DNA of 63,445 bases, filler included, from Platydemus manokwari (GCA_037951405.1; 5 parts of 5 records of this genome joined end to end with filler, not necessarily neighbours in it), one strand, 5' to 3'; shown: positions 39,576 through 53,130, counted from the first letter of the whole stretch. Numbers and translations: made by a program. Notes: a model not told the origin generated them from the sequence alone.

Positions 39576-42149
39576 AAAATAAAAATAAACAGCTTTTGTT
39601 TAATGTTATTTGATGTTGTAAACTTTATATCTTACATAATAATTTAAATCTGTCGAAATAACGTATTTATTTGTGTTCCTATTATTTATATTCATCTGTT
39701 CTGATTTTTAGTTAAATAAAGTCTTATTTATATTTATTTTGTATAGATAAAGGTTTTGATAGTTGCTGTCTAGTGTACATTTTATTTGAGTAAATACATT
39801 CTGTATAGCCTATGTATTCATAATTTAAATATATTTGACATTGTTCATAATTGCTAAAATTAAGGAAAAAAGACAACCATTACCTTCTTGACATCATTTT
39901 ATTTATTACTTTTCAAAAGTAAAGACATAATGTGATTTAATCTGAACAAAATCTGCACCATAAACAGGAATTTGAAAATAATAGAGTTCAAGAAATCAAA
40001 GTAAATAATTAAACTATAAATTTTATTTTCTCCCATACAATTGAATTCAATATGAAACGTGTCATCTGAGTACATTACTCAAAATGATGTGAATCATTTT
40101 CTTCGTTAATTTATTTTTTTCTTTTATATAGTCTGTGAATGTTCAGATTTTAATACAGTGATTTGAAAATTAAGCTTCAAATAAACATTTTTGAGAACAT
40201 GACTTCAACAGAATTCAAAATGGATAATCTGCATTCTCAAGTTCACTTTAATTGAAAACTCTGGCTTATAAAATATTTAAATGTATTCAAAAAATTCATT
40301 TCCGACATTTATGAAATGGGTAACAACATATTGATATAATTAAATAAAGAGGTATTAGTTGATTATCAAATTAGATATCCTTTTATGTCTCCATCAAATG
40401 ATATTAGATATCGAGGTGACTACAAATGCACTAAACTTATGTCAAAAGTATGATGGCTTTATAATATAGTGACTCATTTAGTGAATATAAAATGTTGATT
40501 AAACGATGGCAATAGACATGAAGAAGATCAAAAATGAAATAAGATAAAACTTCGAATCAATATTTTATACTGTATTGTAACACTTATTTAATAATTTTAA
40601 TAATTCATCATAACAAACGTTGATGAATATTCACTGAATTATGTAGGAAATTAAATGGATTCAGAGAGATAATTTGATAATACACTTGTCTCCATACGTT
40701 GATCATAGAAAAGAAATATCTGAATAAATGACGTCACGCATTGTAAATGAGATGTTACTATTGCTTTTAATTTACTTCGGTTAATTAGATGAACATAGTT
40801 ATACGTTTTTACTTCTACGTTGCGATGTGGAATCGGAATTTGCGAATATATTGTAATAATTTACCAAATTTTAATGACGCTTCTTTTATGATGAGATGCA
40901 TTGCTTCTTGGTATAAGAATGATATCAGAACACGCTGGAGTTTCTTTGTACTAATTATAATAACTTATATTTTATTCAGAAGAATATTGTTCTAAATGGA
41001 GATTATTATTACCTTATCTATGTGTTCCCGCTTGACCTCAATGAGATTGGATGCTGTTTTTTATCATTTATCCATAATGGTCTCAATATTTTCTTCATTG
41101 TAATTAATGAATACCAAATGTTGTCTTTCAGATAATTTTCATTTTTCCCGAACTTCACAAAATTCGATCACTGATATAAAAAATGCTCGTATTTTCATTG
41201 AATATTGCTTTTAGGCATTCTGTATATCCACTAATGAATTAATTCTTCTCATTTCTAATTTAGAGCAATCAAACTCAATTAAGATTTTAACTTAATCTCC
41301 AACGCCAAATACCATTATCATTCTCAAAAATTTAGAGCTTTATTCCAAATGTTTAGGGACAACATTCTATCTTTTTTGTTTTTCATTATACTTGTTTAAT
41401 CTCTTTGAATATAATTCATTTTTATCATTTTTATTGATTCAATTTTATTAGATTCTCTGTTCTTTTCATTAACAACATTCTTTTATATTCGATTATATAT
41501 TTGATTTAATATCATTACTTCATTGGTGTGGCAAATTAAATGTCGGTCCTTGAATTTCATATATTGCATCACCTTTGTGAAACAAAGACCGCCCATGTTC
41601 CACATCATAACAGACCTCATCATTTTATTGATTTATTTTAACAGAATAACATTCATAATTTAGCCAATATTCATCACAATCTAAATGTTGACCACTTTAT
41701 AAAGATAATAACTGCTTAAATTTTTCACAATATATCTGAATAATTTCTTCTAATTCTTTTTACATGTACACACCAATAAACTAACAGTCAATAGAATCAC
41801 TAGATATAGCTATGGTCAAATATATTACCAAATATATTATGGCGAAAACAATGACCAAATAACGCGAATAAACAACAAACATTCATCAAAAAGAAATTTA
41901 CCTAACTTATATATATGTCAAAGAATCCATCATTCATGAGTACTTGAAAAACGTTGATAATGATAGATAAGGAGATGTGAACATGTAATAAGAATTGAAA
42001 TTTTATCAGTGCAAATAATACATTTACGAATAAACATATCGACTGTTATTATTATCCACAAGAACATGAATTAAAAAATGCAATAGAAGAATTTTTCAAA
42101 TGTGAAAGGGACATTTATGGAATTCTAAATGTATTTAATTTAAGTAAAT

Positions 42150-42650
42150 ATTTTCAGAGGAATTACTCAATGTATGTTAATGCTAATAATTTATATGGAC
42201 GGGCAAGAAGACAATATTTGCTTTACAAATATTTTATATGGGTTGATCAAGATCAAATAGCTAAATTAAATTAAGATTTGAAAAAGTTTGAATCATTAGT
42301 AAAACAAATACCACATAATTCTAAACAGTGAATGATTGTAGTGATTGATTTAGAATATAGTGTTAAAGGCAAATTATAGATTTTTCTTCGGTAGCAAGGA
42401 AAAGAAATTTAACTTTAAGATTATAATAAATATCATCAATTATGAGATAGAATAAATAAAAAAGTACCTGTAAAATTTAAAAATGAATTAAATGGCATCA
42501 TTTTATCAGAATAGATTATTGTAATAAAACTGGTAAATTAGATATATTTTAAAAGAAAATTATCAACCAATTAATAAAATAGGTACAATATTAATTCAAA
42601 TGATTTGCAAGAAAGGTATGTTTCAAATGATACATCTAATTAATAACATT
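42150..42650 (+). mobile_element. Polinton/Maverick protein-primed DNA polymerase B remnant
   Basis: NYSMYVNANNLYGRARRQYLLYKYFIWV (cf. YLDANNLYGWAMSQYLP), MIVVIDLEY (cf. ILEVDLEYP), NKKVPVKFKNELNGIILSE (cf. NKKV.GKFKDELNG.II.EF); stops and deletions between motifs. Confidence 0.8.
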
Positions 42651-43603
42651 TCTAATCCTACATTCATATATAAATTAAAAAGATTTTTTTATTAAAAGTA
42701 TTATGAAAGGAAAATTTAAGCTTGGGCAGACCCTTCTCGTTTATCACGTTGAGCAAAACATTTAGCAACAACAAAATATACAAATCTTCAGTAGAAAGTG
42801 ATGAAGGCATGAAACTTTTCGAGGTTGTAGGCAATGACTCTTTAGCACAAAAATTATATCATTAATATAAAAAGCTTACGAAATTTTTAAAATAAAATAT
42901 TTGAAAAAGAAATACTCATAGTGCAGATTTAGTTTAAAATATATTTGGTTTAATAAAGAATCTGGAATTAGAAATAATTTTTTGCTATCAAAATAGTATT
43001 ATTTTGATTGTACTGAAAATGAAATTTGGATAATTTGGACAATTTCCCCCCATGTAGCCTATTCTGTGGCAGTCGTAGCACGTCAAGACTTTCTTGCTTT
43101 TACAGGTTTCCACGATAAGGACTGGTTTTTGGAAATTTTTGCATTTTCTTTTTCCCTATGTCATTTTGCAAGACTGAATTTTGGTTGCGTTCTGACTATT
43201 GTAGTCCATTCCCCTGCTCTTACCGTGTTTACATCTCTTTGTTTAATTCTCGCTTGGACGGGTTTTCACTGTTTTCTTATGTGATCAACGTCCTCAGTGT
43301 CTCTCATCATTATTTCCTTTTCCAATTGAACATCCTCTACACAATGTATCAAGAGGAAAGCAGTTAGTTCCTATTTAGTTACATTGTTACACAATATGTC
43401 TTTCCCTAACTTATCCACCTTTTAACAATACACGTCCAGTGCGGTATTCCTTCTTAACCTCAGAGCTTCGATTGAATCCTGATCAAAGTATTCAGTTTGG
43501 TTAAACGGCTTCTCCAGTCTGTCGTCATACCGCATTTTGGCATTTGATTGATTTAAAAATCCTCGCACTACGAATCTATTTTGGAACGTTGTCTCATAAA
43601 ATT

Positions 43604-43865
43604 TTGGGTAGGTGCATAAGTGCATGAAAAATGTATATTGATGAAAACTAATAACCACACAGAAAATTTCAGATAACAAAATGAATGTGTGAAATCATTA
43701 GATACGACAAATATCTCAGTCTCAAATTGTGGGTTTTCTCCGCCATAACCGTACTGTCAGTTTGTCAAACACACTTTTGAAGAAGCTTTGTGAATTTTGG
43801 TCAAAATGTTTATCAATTCATGTTGTTATTGCTTTTTCAATTTATAATGCGAGATTAAAAAATGT
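43604..43865 (-). mobile_element. Second, truncated copy of the mariner 3' end
   Basis: Aligns by eye with 15054-15325 (TTGGGTAGGTGCATAAG TIR; CAAATATCTCAGTCTCAA; TTTGAAGAAGCTT; TGTTATTGCTT). Confidence 0.8.
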
Positions 43866-44119
43866 TTCTACATAAGGTAAGTAAGAGCATATCATAAATA
43901 TATTAATTCTGGATAGGAAAACTAAATAATAACCAATAAATATGAAAAAAATGAATTATTATAAATCACGAATAACCGTAAAATAATACCACCAGAAAAA
44001 TTTCAAAAAATTGTTTATTTTATATTGTTGCGTATAATGTATATAGTTGGACAATGAGTCAAACTGTATCTCACCTCAAACTTAAATAGTTTCATCAACT
44101 TCACATAGATGAAATATAT

Positions 44120-44250
44120 AAAGACCTTAAATGACGTTTTAGAATATGGAATGGTTGAAAAATTTGATTAAGAATATAGAGAAGATTTTTCTTTAGCTCC
44201 TAGAAAGTAGAAAGTTGATTTTAGATTGTTAAGTAAACAACAAAGATAAA
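44120..44250 (+). mobile_element. Additional Polinton pPolB fragment
   Basis: VLEY...EYREDFSLAPRK*KVDFRLLSKQQ resembles DLEYP...H.DYPLAPE...V....LS.YQ of Polinton polymerases. Confidence 0.5.
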
Positions 44251-44874
44251 ATATTTTAAAAAATTATCAGTCTGTATCAATAATTAATATTCATGTAAGT
44301 GGAAGTATAGTTCTATTCGTTTACCTCTTGCAGTAGAACTATCCTGTGACAAAAAATTGAAGCTACAAGCTTACCCATAGTATATTGATGTACTTTGAAG
44401 GTAATTGTAGAATTTCCTTCTTTAAGTTTAAGTTTAAAAGTCAAAGCTGGGAAATAAATTATTGTTTATAACATATACAGTTCTTTAATATGTAAATATC
44501 ATGAAATTAATTTTCAAAGTATCGGTTTTGATTTGAGAAATTTGAATTGGTTTTTATATAGTAGGATAAGTTGAATATCAAAATGAATAAAATAGATAAT
44601 TAACAAACAGAGCATGTTATACTCTCATTAATTAAAAATTAACTTACAAGAAAAATTATCAAAATCTAAATACTACAAATTAAAATTAAAGCTAAAATAA
44701 TTATATGTTGACAATCATTTTTCATAAATTGTAGAAACACATAAATCAGATTTAAAGAATTTAAACATTATGCCACATGGTTTAGTTATTGTTTATAAAA
44801 TGGGGTTTATACCTTCAAGATAAATTACGAAATTAACAAATAAGACCAAAACAGTTAATATACTTTCTACTAGT

Positions 44875-45435
44875 ATCTTACGAAATGATATCCTTACCAT
44901 TTTTCATTCAATTTCTCCCAGTTTCCAGTTATATAACTACTAGCATGCTTTACTAGTACACATTTGCCTTGGCCATTATCATAGAAAATTGGGTTGCATT
45001 TATCTTCTTAAATACATATAAACAAATAATAATCAATATTATAATACATTTAAAAACTTAGAATGATTCACAATGTATTTTGCTTTCAGAATTTACTATT
45101 TGGAAATATATCTTTTAAAACTTTGAATAAATAGTCGCTTTATTACCTTTATTTTTCATCAAAACTTGAAGCATTTAGATGAAGAAGATGAAGTGCAATC
45201 TCGATAAATGACACCTTCTGGTTCACTCAAATATCATAATCCTGTATCAATCGTTGAGAGCAATCACTATTCAACCACTTCGTTTGGTTACAAAATTCTT
45301 CATTCAACTAATCCGTTAAATCTGTAAAAAATGGACTTTGTTCTGGGAAGCATGTCATTAGTAAATTTATTTCTGAAAAAATTGTGAAAATGTGGAACAT
45401 GTGGGAATCGAATAAGAACTCTGTAAATCATCATA
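44875..45435 (-). pseudogene. Third C-type lectin + PAN paralogue, strongly decayed
   Basis: CFPEQSPFFTDLTD, SEPEGVIYRDCT, KAKYIVN, and KCNPIFYDNGQGKCVLVKHASS...W*GYH colinear with the two lectin genes at 37.9-39.6 kb; stops and deletions. Confidence 0.7.
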
Positions 45436-45712
45436 GCATGAAAAGTTGTAAAAAATATCTGACACCTGAAAATTACTTTAAAAAGTTTTTTTAATATTGA
45501 ACATAAATTTATTTCTATTTAAAAAAAACTTATTGATGTCATAAAAATTCATAGATATTGTAAATGAGAAATTCATAATTTTAATATATATATATANNNN
45601 NNNNNNNNNNNNNNNNNNNNNNNNNNNNNNNNNNNNNNNNTTAATTAATTAANNNNNNNNNNNNNNNNNNNNNNNNNNNNNNNNNNNNNNNNNNNNATTT
45701 TGTACCGCCTCG

Positions 45713-45925
45713 CACTGGGCTTTTGATGCTTGCTAAATATTATAAATAGCACGTCCTTTTGTATTCACAAGTCGAAATAACCCCCGCGCTAATAATATAT
45801 TCGTTTTTTATCACTTTATAGTTTCACAAACAATGGAACACGTAAGCGGTTAAATTCAGCACTGGGTTTTTGATGCTTGTTAAATACAATAAATAGAACG
45901 TCCCTTTTTATGCACAAAACGAATT
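45713..45925. repeat. Two-copy direct repeat, period ~147 bp, next to a gap
   Basis: CACTGGG(C/T)TTTTGATGCTTG(C/T)TAAATA...ATAAATAG(C/A)ACGTCC at 45713 and 45860; probably the edge of a collapsed satellite. Confidence 0.7.
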
Positions 45926-46323
45926 TTAAAAACCCTAATTAGGTAAAGATTCAGAAAAGCCTAGGTAAATCTAAAAATAAATTTAGTAAAAAAAAGATAT
46001 AGTAAATGATTAAGGACCTTCATAATAAGAAATGAATTCAATAGAATAAGCTATCCATTTTATCTCTAGTAATGTCAATAAAAACTGCTGGATGTATGTA
46101 TAATTGATATCAGGTCTGTTGAATAATTGCACCAACTTTTTAAAACAATAATATTTTATCAATGTGACCTTTTTAAATTCGAAATTTTGACGAGTTATTT
46201 ATTTTTGAAAGCACGATTGAATGAATAACCTGAAATATTGATTTGAAGGAATTTCAGGATAATTTAAATTTTAATCAGAATAATATGTTTATTTAAGTTA
46301 ACATTTTAAATGATATTGCATAA

Positions 46324-46356
<33 letters not shown>

Positions 46357-47399
46357 TTCTGCAATAACAATATGAAAATTTTATGTTATAAAATATCAAT
46401 AACTAATCCCTAAAGATTAAGATAATTCTGATGCATGAAAGTAATAATGAAGCATTAAAATGCTCGACTAGCCACGCAAAATAGATTATATCACAATACA
46501 AAGCCAAAAACTTCAAGAAACCACTAAGAAGACCAATTTTATTGACTTAATCATTGCTCGTCAGTCATTTGCCAAGCCTTCAAAGATAAAGTAGGTGTTT
46601 AGTTTTTGTAAAGTACTGATCGTTACTATACATTGTATTATTTTCAATAATCAAGCTTTGCTTCGAAACATCTTTAGGTATTTGGTTTTGCTCTAAGAGA
46701 GTGAAGTGCTTTAAGGTTTCCTTATATGTTGTTAAGCTGTTGTTGTATATCATATGGTTAAAATCAGTTTGCAATTTTTCTATTTGCTGTATTGGTTAAC
46801 AAATCTTAGTGCCTAGAAGCGCAATAATAAGAATAATAGATTATAACAAAATTAACGGTGTCAGCAAGTTTAAAGATATTAAATTGAGACTGATAATAAG
46901 AATTATATGATGATTATTGCCACATATATTGTCTCCATTTTCTGTTCTGCATTAGGGCGCGAAAGCGGTGACGATCCGAACAGTTCATTAACTCCTGTTT
47001 TACGTTAGGTTCGAAGTTGAGAACGTCAGATTCTTCGGGAATACTATACTCTGTTTTACCGAAGGCTCGAGTATAGGTTTTCCCACTGGACAATCATTGC
47101 GATATTAAGATTGGTCAACTGGTTTCCACAGAGGCATCAAATCCTTTATATATTGCTCATCAACAGAAAATTAATCCAGAAGACAAACATTAAAATTATC
47201 AGAATACAACCGTTTGTTTCAAATATTGATATCTTCGATTGACTTATCTGAAAATGTAATCTATTCGCTCAACGGGATACTGGATCTTATCCCAAGCTTT
47301 TGTTTTAGCATTAAAGCTCCAAAAGCATTGGAAGAGATGTGACAACTCCTGTAGTGCAGTATAACTCGAAGATGTCACATTTTTCAGTCACTGGAGTTT

Positions 47400-49800
47400 A
47401 CATCAGTGCCTAGTGATATTGATAACAACCTTTTTCAGCGTATGTGTTTAAAGGTGTTATCACACTTTCGTGAATTTGAGAATTTACTCTAATTTGTAGG
47501 TCTGACTCTTCCTTCACGTTAAGAAGCACCCCCGTTTGATGGTGGCGCTGGATCCGAGCAGATTGCCGTATGTTTGAAGCTGACAGCAGTTTTGCGAGGA
47601 TCTTTATAATGGCGTCTGATATGCCAATAACTTTCATTACATTCAGTCTTTTGAGGAACCGAGCCTAACGATCCTACCACAATTGTATGAACAGTTACAG
47701 TATAATGGGGTTTATACTGTTTAACCATTTCACAAAGTGGGACATAGTGTGACAGGTTCCTATCATTTACCTGAGTCATAAGCATTTCGACATCTGATGA
47801 GCATTAAATATCCACTAGGAAGATGAGTTTACTCATATAGTTTTCAATATAAAGATTGACTTGAAGTTTAGAGACGGTATCACACCATTTAAGATATGGT
47901 ACCGTTTTATTTACATTGACCATTAAATCATATGAGTTAATAAACTGATGAAATAGTCTTAAACATTCATCGTTCCTTTGAGCAATGAGGGTCATACATG
48001 GCACATAGGATTGTAGCACATGTGTTAGTGATTCCTCGTTAGCATAACACCGACGACATCTTCGCTTGAGACGGTCCTTTTCAAAGGCTCGAGCATTCCA
48101 AGGCAGGATATTAAGCCTTGCCTGGTGAAGTAAAACATCAAGCAAAGCCTGTAGTTTGATCGTTCCACACGATTCTATTAAATTTCATATTATTGTGAAT
48201 GACTTTGTCTAGTGAGCTTGAGTTGCCACTTTGTAGCCATTTACGCGATTATGGAAATGCGCTTTTATATCTATAAAGGCAATCGCCACTGGACTAAGTG
48301 TGCGTTTGTGATCGTCAAGAATTTCAGTTAAGAGATTATTGTGTTCAATGCAACCTACGAATTCCTTCCCCTTTCTGTTCAGGACTAAATATATTGCTTT
48401 GTTTAATCCATTCTAGTAGACGATCAGCTAAGATGCCAATAAACACTTTGTAGCTTGAGTTTGAGAGAGCAATAAGTCACCAACTGTTGATCCAATCATA
48501 GCCAGTTTTGTCCGGCTTAGGAAGCAACGAAATCCGAAATTGTCTCTACCCGTCGGGGATTTTCTTAGCTATGATAACCTTGTTAAAAAGATCAGCAAAT
48601 AATTCACCTTTGAGGTCCAGGATCTGTAAATGAGAGTAATTCACATTATGAGGTCTTGGAGTACAATTATTAAGACTCTTAAGTTTCGCCAAGACTTCCT
48701 TTGATGATATCGGATCCAGTTCGAGTGTAAAATCACTTTTATTACATAGATTTAGGATTTCAGATGATTCCACATCGAACGATTTGTTGGCATATGTTAA
48801 GTAGATCTCATCCAAATTAGGTCTACTTTTAATACGTATTTCCTGCTTAATAATTTTAGTGACTGTAGTTTGATATTAGCAGGTAATTTGAAAGCATTCC
48901 TTATGTCAAGATACAGTCGAGGTTTCGAGTTTAATGTTGAGGGTTTTACTGGAATATTTAGCAGTATCAGTTTGTTCATTTCATCAACATCAACATTTTC
49001 GGAATTGAATATAATATCTCGACATTTCTGAACACGCTCTGATAGAGTTGATTCAATTTCAGTAACTTCAGCCTCTTGATTACTAACACTGTAGGTAGCC
49101 TCCTGTACAGTACTCGTATATGATATAATTATGTCACAAAATCTTTCAAAGTCAATATCTGTGCATGTAAGTGCCAATTAGGAGGTTAATAAAAAGTCCA
49201 GAGCCATATGAAGTCATACGGATAGTGGATCTGTACCTATAGTTCACCAATTTATCAGTAATGTCTTTCGACAATATAGAAAGGTCTTGGTTACTAAATG
49301 TGGTACTTGGATTCAGAACGTGGAATTTCCAACATACAAAATCAATGATCACAAGGACTATGTGATAACTGTGTTGATACAATAAGCAAAAAATAACATC
49401 AACCAGTTGGAATTTTGCCTTATCCAGATGCTCTGAGAGATAATTGCAGTTACCATCAATAAGAGCTGTGATCATCACAGGATCAATAACCATTGCTCGT
49501 TTCTCCAAATTCAGAGAGGACGAGAATTGTAGAATCTCCTTGAGTGATAGTCTCTTATTTATATGACTTATAGTGTTTTTAACCCTATATCGATTAGAAT
49601 TACAAAATTGATTGTATAGGATTGGAATAAAGATGTTGTTTTTGTAGCCAATTTCTATTGGGTCCAGAGACACACAATCCATAGTCCTTACTACAAGCGT
49701 GACCAAATCATCTGTGAAAGATGACCATTGTTTAAAATAACATATTGATTCACTGGTTGAAGAAACATCTAGAAGAAACATTTCATAAATCTTTCCAGGA
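47400..49800 (-). mobile_element. NeSL/R2-group non-LTR retrotransposon (Ulp1-like protease, RT, CCHC knuckle, restriction-like endonuclease), internally deleted and frameshifted
   Basis: HIVLVIID...HVLNP...SYGSGLF (Ulp1/C48-like); PISSKEV...TPRPHNVNY, ISLLPKP, IALSNSSYK, EQKG, GCIEHN, AFIDIKSAF (RT domains 0-3); QARLNILP, CRRCYANEESLTHVLQ (zinc knuckle); LIFLVDI and IVVGSLGS (RLE). RT domains 4-7 are missing. Confidence 0.85.
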
Positions 49801-52419
49801 GGTGTTGAGTACTATCCAGGGCATCACTACATGAGTTTGGATTAAGATTAATGATTGGTATCTATTTGGTAGAGTTTGAGTACACGAACACGTAGAGTAT
49901 GTTCTTGACCTCTACATCTTTACACACGTATGTGACATTGCGAAATCTAAACAATTGAACATGGTCGAAAACAAACCCATATTTCTATCAATATATTACA
50001 TAGTCCCGGATTTTCACGTCATTGTGGTCTGCAAACAAGAATTTTAGGAAATTATTTAGTGTTTACATATTATTTCGTCTATCGTTATAGCCACCTCCAC
50101 ATATTGTTATTATAGAGTTAATCTCATCAGAATTACGGTTCACGTCCCTAATGCTGAGATGGTAGGCTAATCGATAAAGTTCTATCAGACGGACTTTCAT
50201 CTCTTCATAATTAAATTGCATAAATGCATATCAGCGGTCTGCAATCAACATCGTTGTCCTGGAACCAAAGTGAATATAGTCGATCATGAAAAATCTGATA
50301 ACTGGTCTAGTCAAATTATATAAGTTCTACTTTTGGTTTCCCAAATTTTATTTGTTACTATAATACAAAGTGGTAGAAAGCAGCAACAATCTCATTTGTT
50401 GAGTCCAGATAAGTTCAAGGTTACAGAGGAAAATCATTATAAAAGCCTTCTGATATAAGTATTGATCAATAGTCTTTGCAAATTGTATATTTTTAATTTG
50501 AACGTAACCTTATTATATTTTTAAAATTATGTTGTCAGGTATAAATTAACATGTATTTGTTTTAATTATCTAAAGATTTTTAATGAAAAATTAGATAATA
50601 ATTTAAACAGCAATTTTTTCTATCAGTTCCAACCACCACGAATAAGAAAATACATTTATCTAGTCTTTTTCTTTAATTGCTTTGTCTTTAAACATTAAGG
50701 ACATCCATATTAATTGAGAAGTCTCTTGGTTTTGCCAACATGTTAGAACGTTATTTCAATGTTTTAGTTGAATGAATTCTTTCTGACATCTTAGTGCTGA
50801 TTTTCATACCAATAAAATTATAATAACAATATTCTGCTCTTTACTGAAGTGCCATATAACGGTAATAAATAGAATACGTAGTCGTTCACATCGTATTGTT
50901 AACATCACATATCGTTCAAAGCGTTCGTCTGTAATACATGATTGATATTACAAGTGATTCCTCAGGCAATTAATTAGTTTATTGTTCATACATTGTTTCG
51001 TATTGTTTTCTCAGCTAACTATTGGTTGTCCTGGTAGTAGTTAGAGACTCAGCTTCCGAACCATGGGAACAAATAATAACAAAATAAACCTCATAAAACA
51101 TTTATTAGGTTTCACATAATTCCAATCGATAGTGCGTTTGCCATCAATGTCTTAAGCTCAAAACACTATTGGTACCTTTCAAAATCAAGCATCGTACGAT
51201 TGTTATAATTAGTTACCATCTTATTGCTTCGGGTGAATAAACATTCAACTGCGTTTGATTGGTTTCGATTTATATAATATATTTACACCTTATATGGTCA
51301 CAGCAAAGGCACAATTGATAAAAGTGCATAAAATCAATTTGTGAGATTTATTGATATGAAAGCTTTCTCAGTCAATAAATGCGTTATCACGAACAATAGT
51401 TTCAAAATACTTGGAATCACAAATAGATCAATTTCAAATACAAAATTGCTGAAATTTGGGCTCCAATCAATTTTGCCAACTATCCATTATCGACTGATCT
51501 ACAATTGACAAAGTACGATCGGTTAAGAAAAACAATGTAATAATTTTTATTAACCGGAAAGTGTAAAAGTAATTTTGATTTTGTCGCTTATTTTATTTGG
51601 AAAATGGTATCGATTCTGTATAATGTTTATGAATTTTATGCGAAATTAGCTTCAAAGGAAAATAGCACACCGAATTAAACAGTTCAATGAAATCTAGCAT
51701 CAATAATAAAGAAATAATTAATCGATAAAAGTGGTTTGATTCAGTATTTAAGCATTAGCATAGAGTGTCATTGATCTTTAGTCCAGTTGTTTGCATGTCA
51801 GAATTCAGTTGTTCGTCAGTCGGAGCAGTCGTGTTTGCGCCACATTATCCATGCTGACCACCTCTGATGGATCATTTCGAAGTAATTTTGTTTTCCGTAA
51901 ATATCTTATTTATAAGCGTATATTTCTTATGTATTCAACGTCTCTGTATCAAGATTCATCTCCAATAATCAGAAGGAGAACGGGAGAGTAGATTTTTTCT
52001 TAGAAGTCGCAATCCTAGTTTGACAACGGAAAAAGATATTTGTCTGTTTTATGAATTAAATTTTTAATTCAAATTTAATTCTAATCTTATATCAAATCAT
52101 ATTTATAAAAAATTAAATTAATTTTTTAAAATATTTGTATTTAAATAGATTTTTGGTGTCTCGATTTTTCATTTCGTTTTTAATATGTGTGGTTTTCAAA
52201 ATAGTAGCGGCTTGCATCTTTCTTATTTGTTATAGACTTATAATATATTTCATTATTAATTTTCCTTGGTTTTCAATTCATTTACTCGTGCAATAATTGT
52301 TAAATCGGTTCACCTCATTTGGTTCATTTCATTGTCACAGTGAATTATATAATCGATAAAAATTAGTTTTGATTTTACCATCTTTTTAAACTGTAATAGA
52401 AGTTTGGAAACAATAAAAA

Positions 52420-53130
52420 GTTGGCAGCTATCGATACCAAATCTAACCAAAATAATTAAATTGAATAAAGGTGTCAATAAGAACTTATTTGAATTGATAT
52501 GTGTGTTGAGGGTAGCAGCCAACCCAAAAGACAATTAAAACACAAACTGATAAATAATCTTTGCAACAATCAATAATCTATATAAGAATTAACCTTTAGA
52601 GAATTCAATAATATTTCCGGTAACTTTGTCTTCATACGAGTTACTGAAGCCTCTAGGACCAGTAAAAGCCAATAATAACAACAACCACCTAATATAATTA
52701 ATAAGTTATAGCTTTATATCTATATAAGATTTAACCTTTAGAGAATTCAATAATATTTCCGGTAACTTCGTCTTCATACGAGTTACTGAAGCCCTGTAGG
52801 ACCAATAAAAGCCAATAATAACAACAACCACCTAATATAATTAATAAGTTAAAGCTTTTAGTGTTTATAAATTATTATTATCATCAATCAACTAGTCCTC
52901 ACACTTTCATGCATAACAAGATGAAAGAAGATCGAGACAATAAGTACATGGCACAATAAACCTTATATAGGAACTTATAAACTGATTAAACAGTTAATGA
53001 CTTCCATAAAAATACCTCAACTGAATAACATAGATATAATCATGTTAAATAAGATCTAACGTCTAATGCAATAAGGCTCAACCATAACTCTGGCAAAAAA
53101 TGCTACGTTGTGAAATTTCGATTTTTCTAA
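52420..53130 (-). pseudogene. Spliced remnant of a small hydrophobic membrane-protein gene (possibly Mpv17/PMP22-like)
   Basis: GT-AG exon-like segments give VYCAMYLLSRSSFILLCMK|VVVVIIGFYWSYRASVTRMKTKLPEILLNSLK; flanking segments contain stops; family resemblance is weak. Confidence 0.3.
52576..52858. repeat. Tandem duplication, 2 x 142 bp, each unit containing a minus-strand exon
   Basis: Near-identical units starting ATCTATATAAGA at 52576 and 52718; each has ag|GTGGTTGTT...TCTCTAAAG|gt on the minus strand. Confidence 0.9.

Noticed and set aside
50080-50210. CTGATGA and GAAA on the minus strand upstream of the NeSL element (possible hammerhead ribozyme)
   Set aside because: I could not form convincing stems I-III around the core; needs an Infernal/RNAbob search.
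51780-52030. Possible gypsy integrase zinc-binding relic (YW...RDVEYIRN)
   Set aside because: Too degenerate; needs several frameshifts to resemble the motif.
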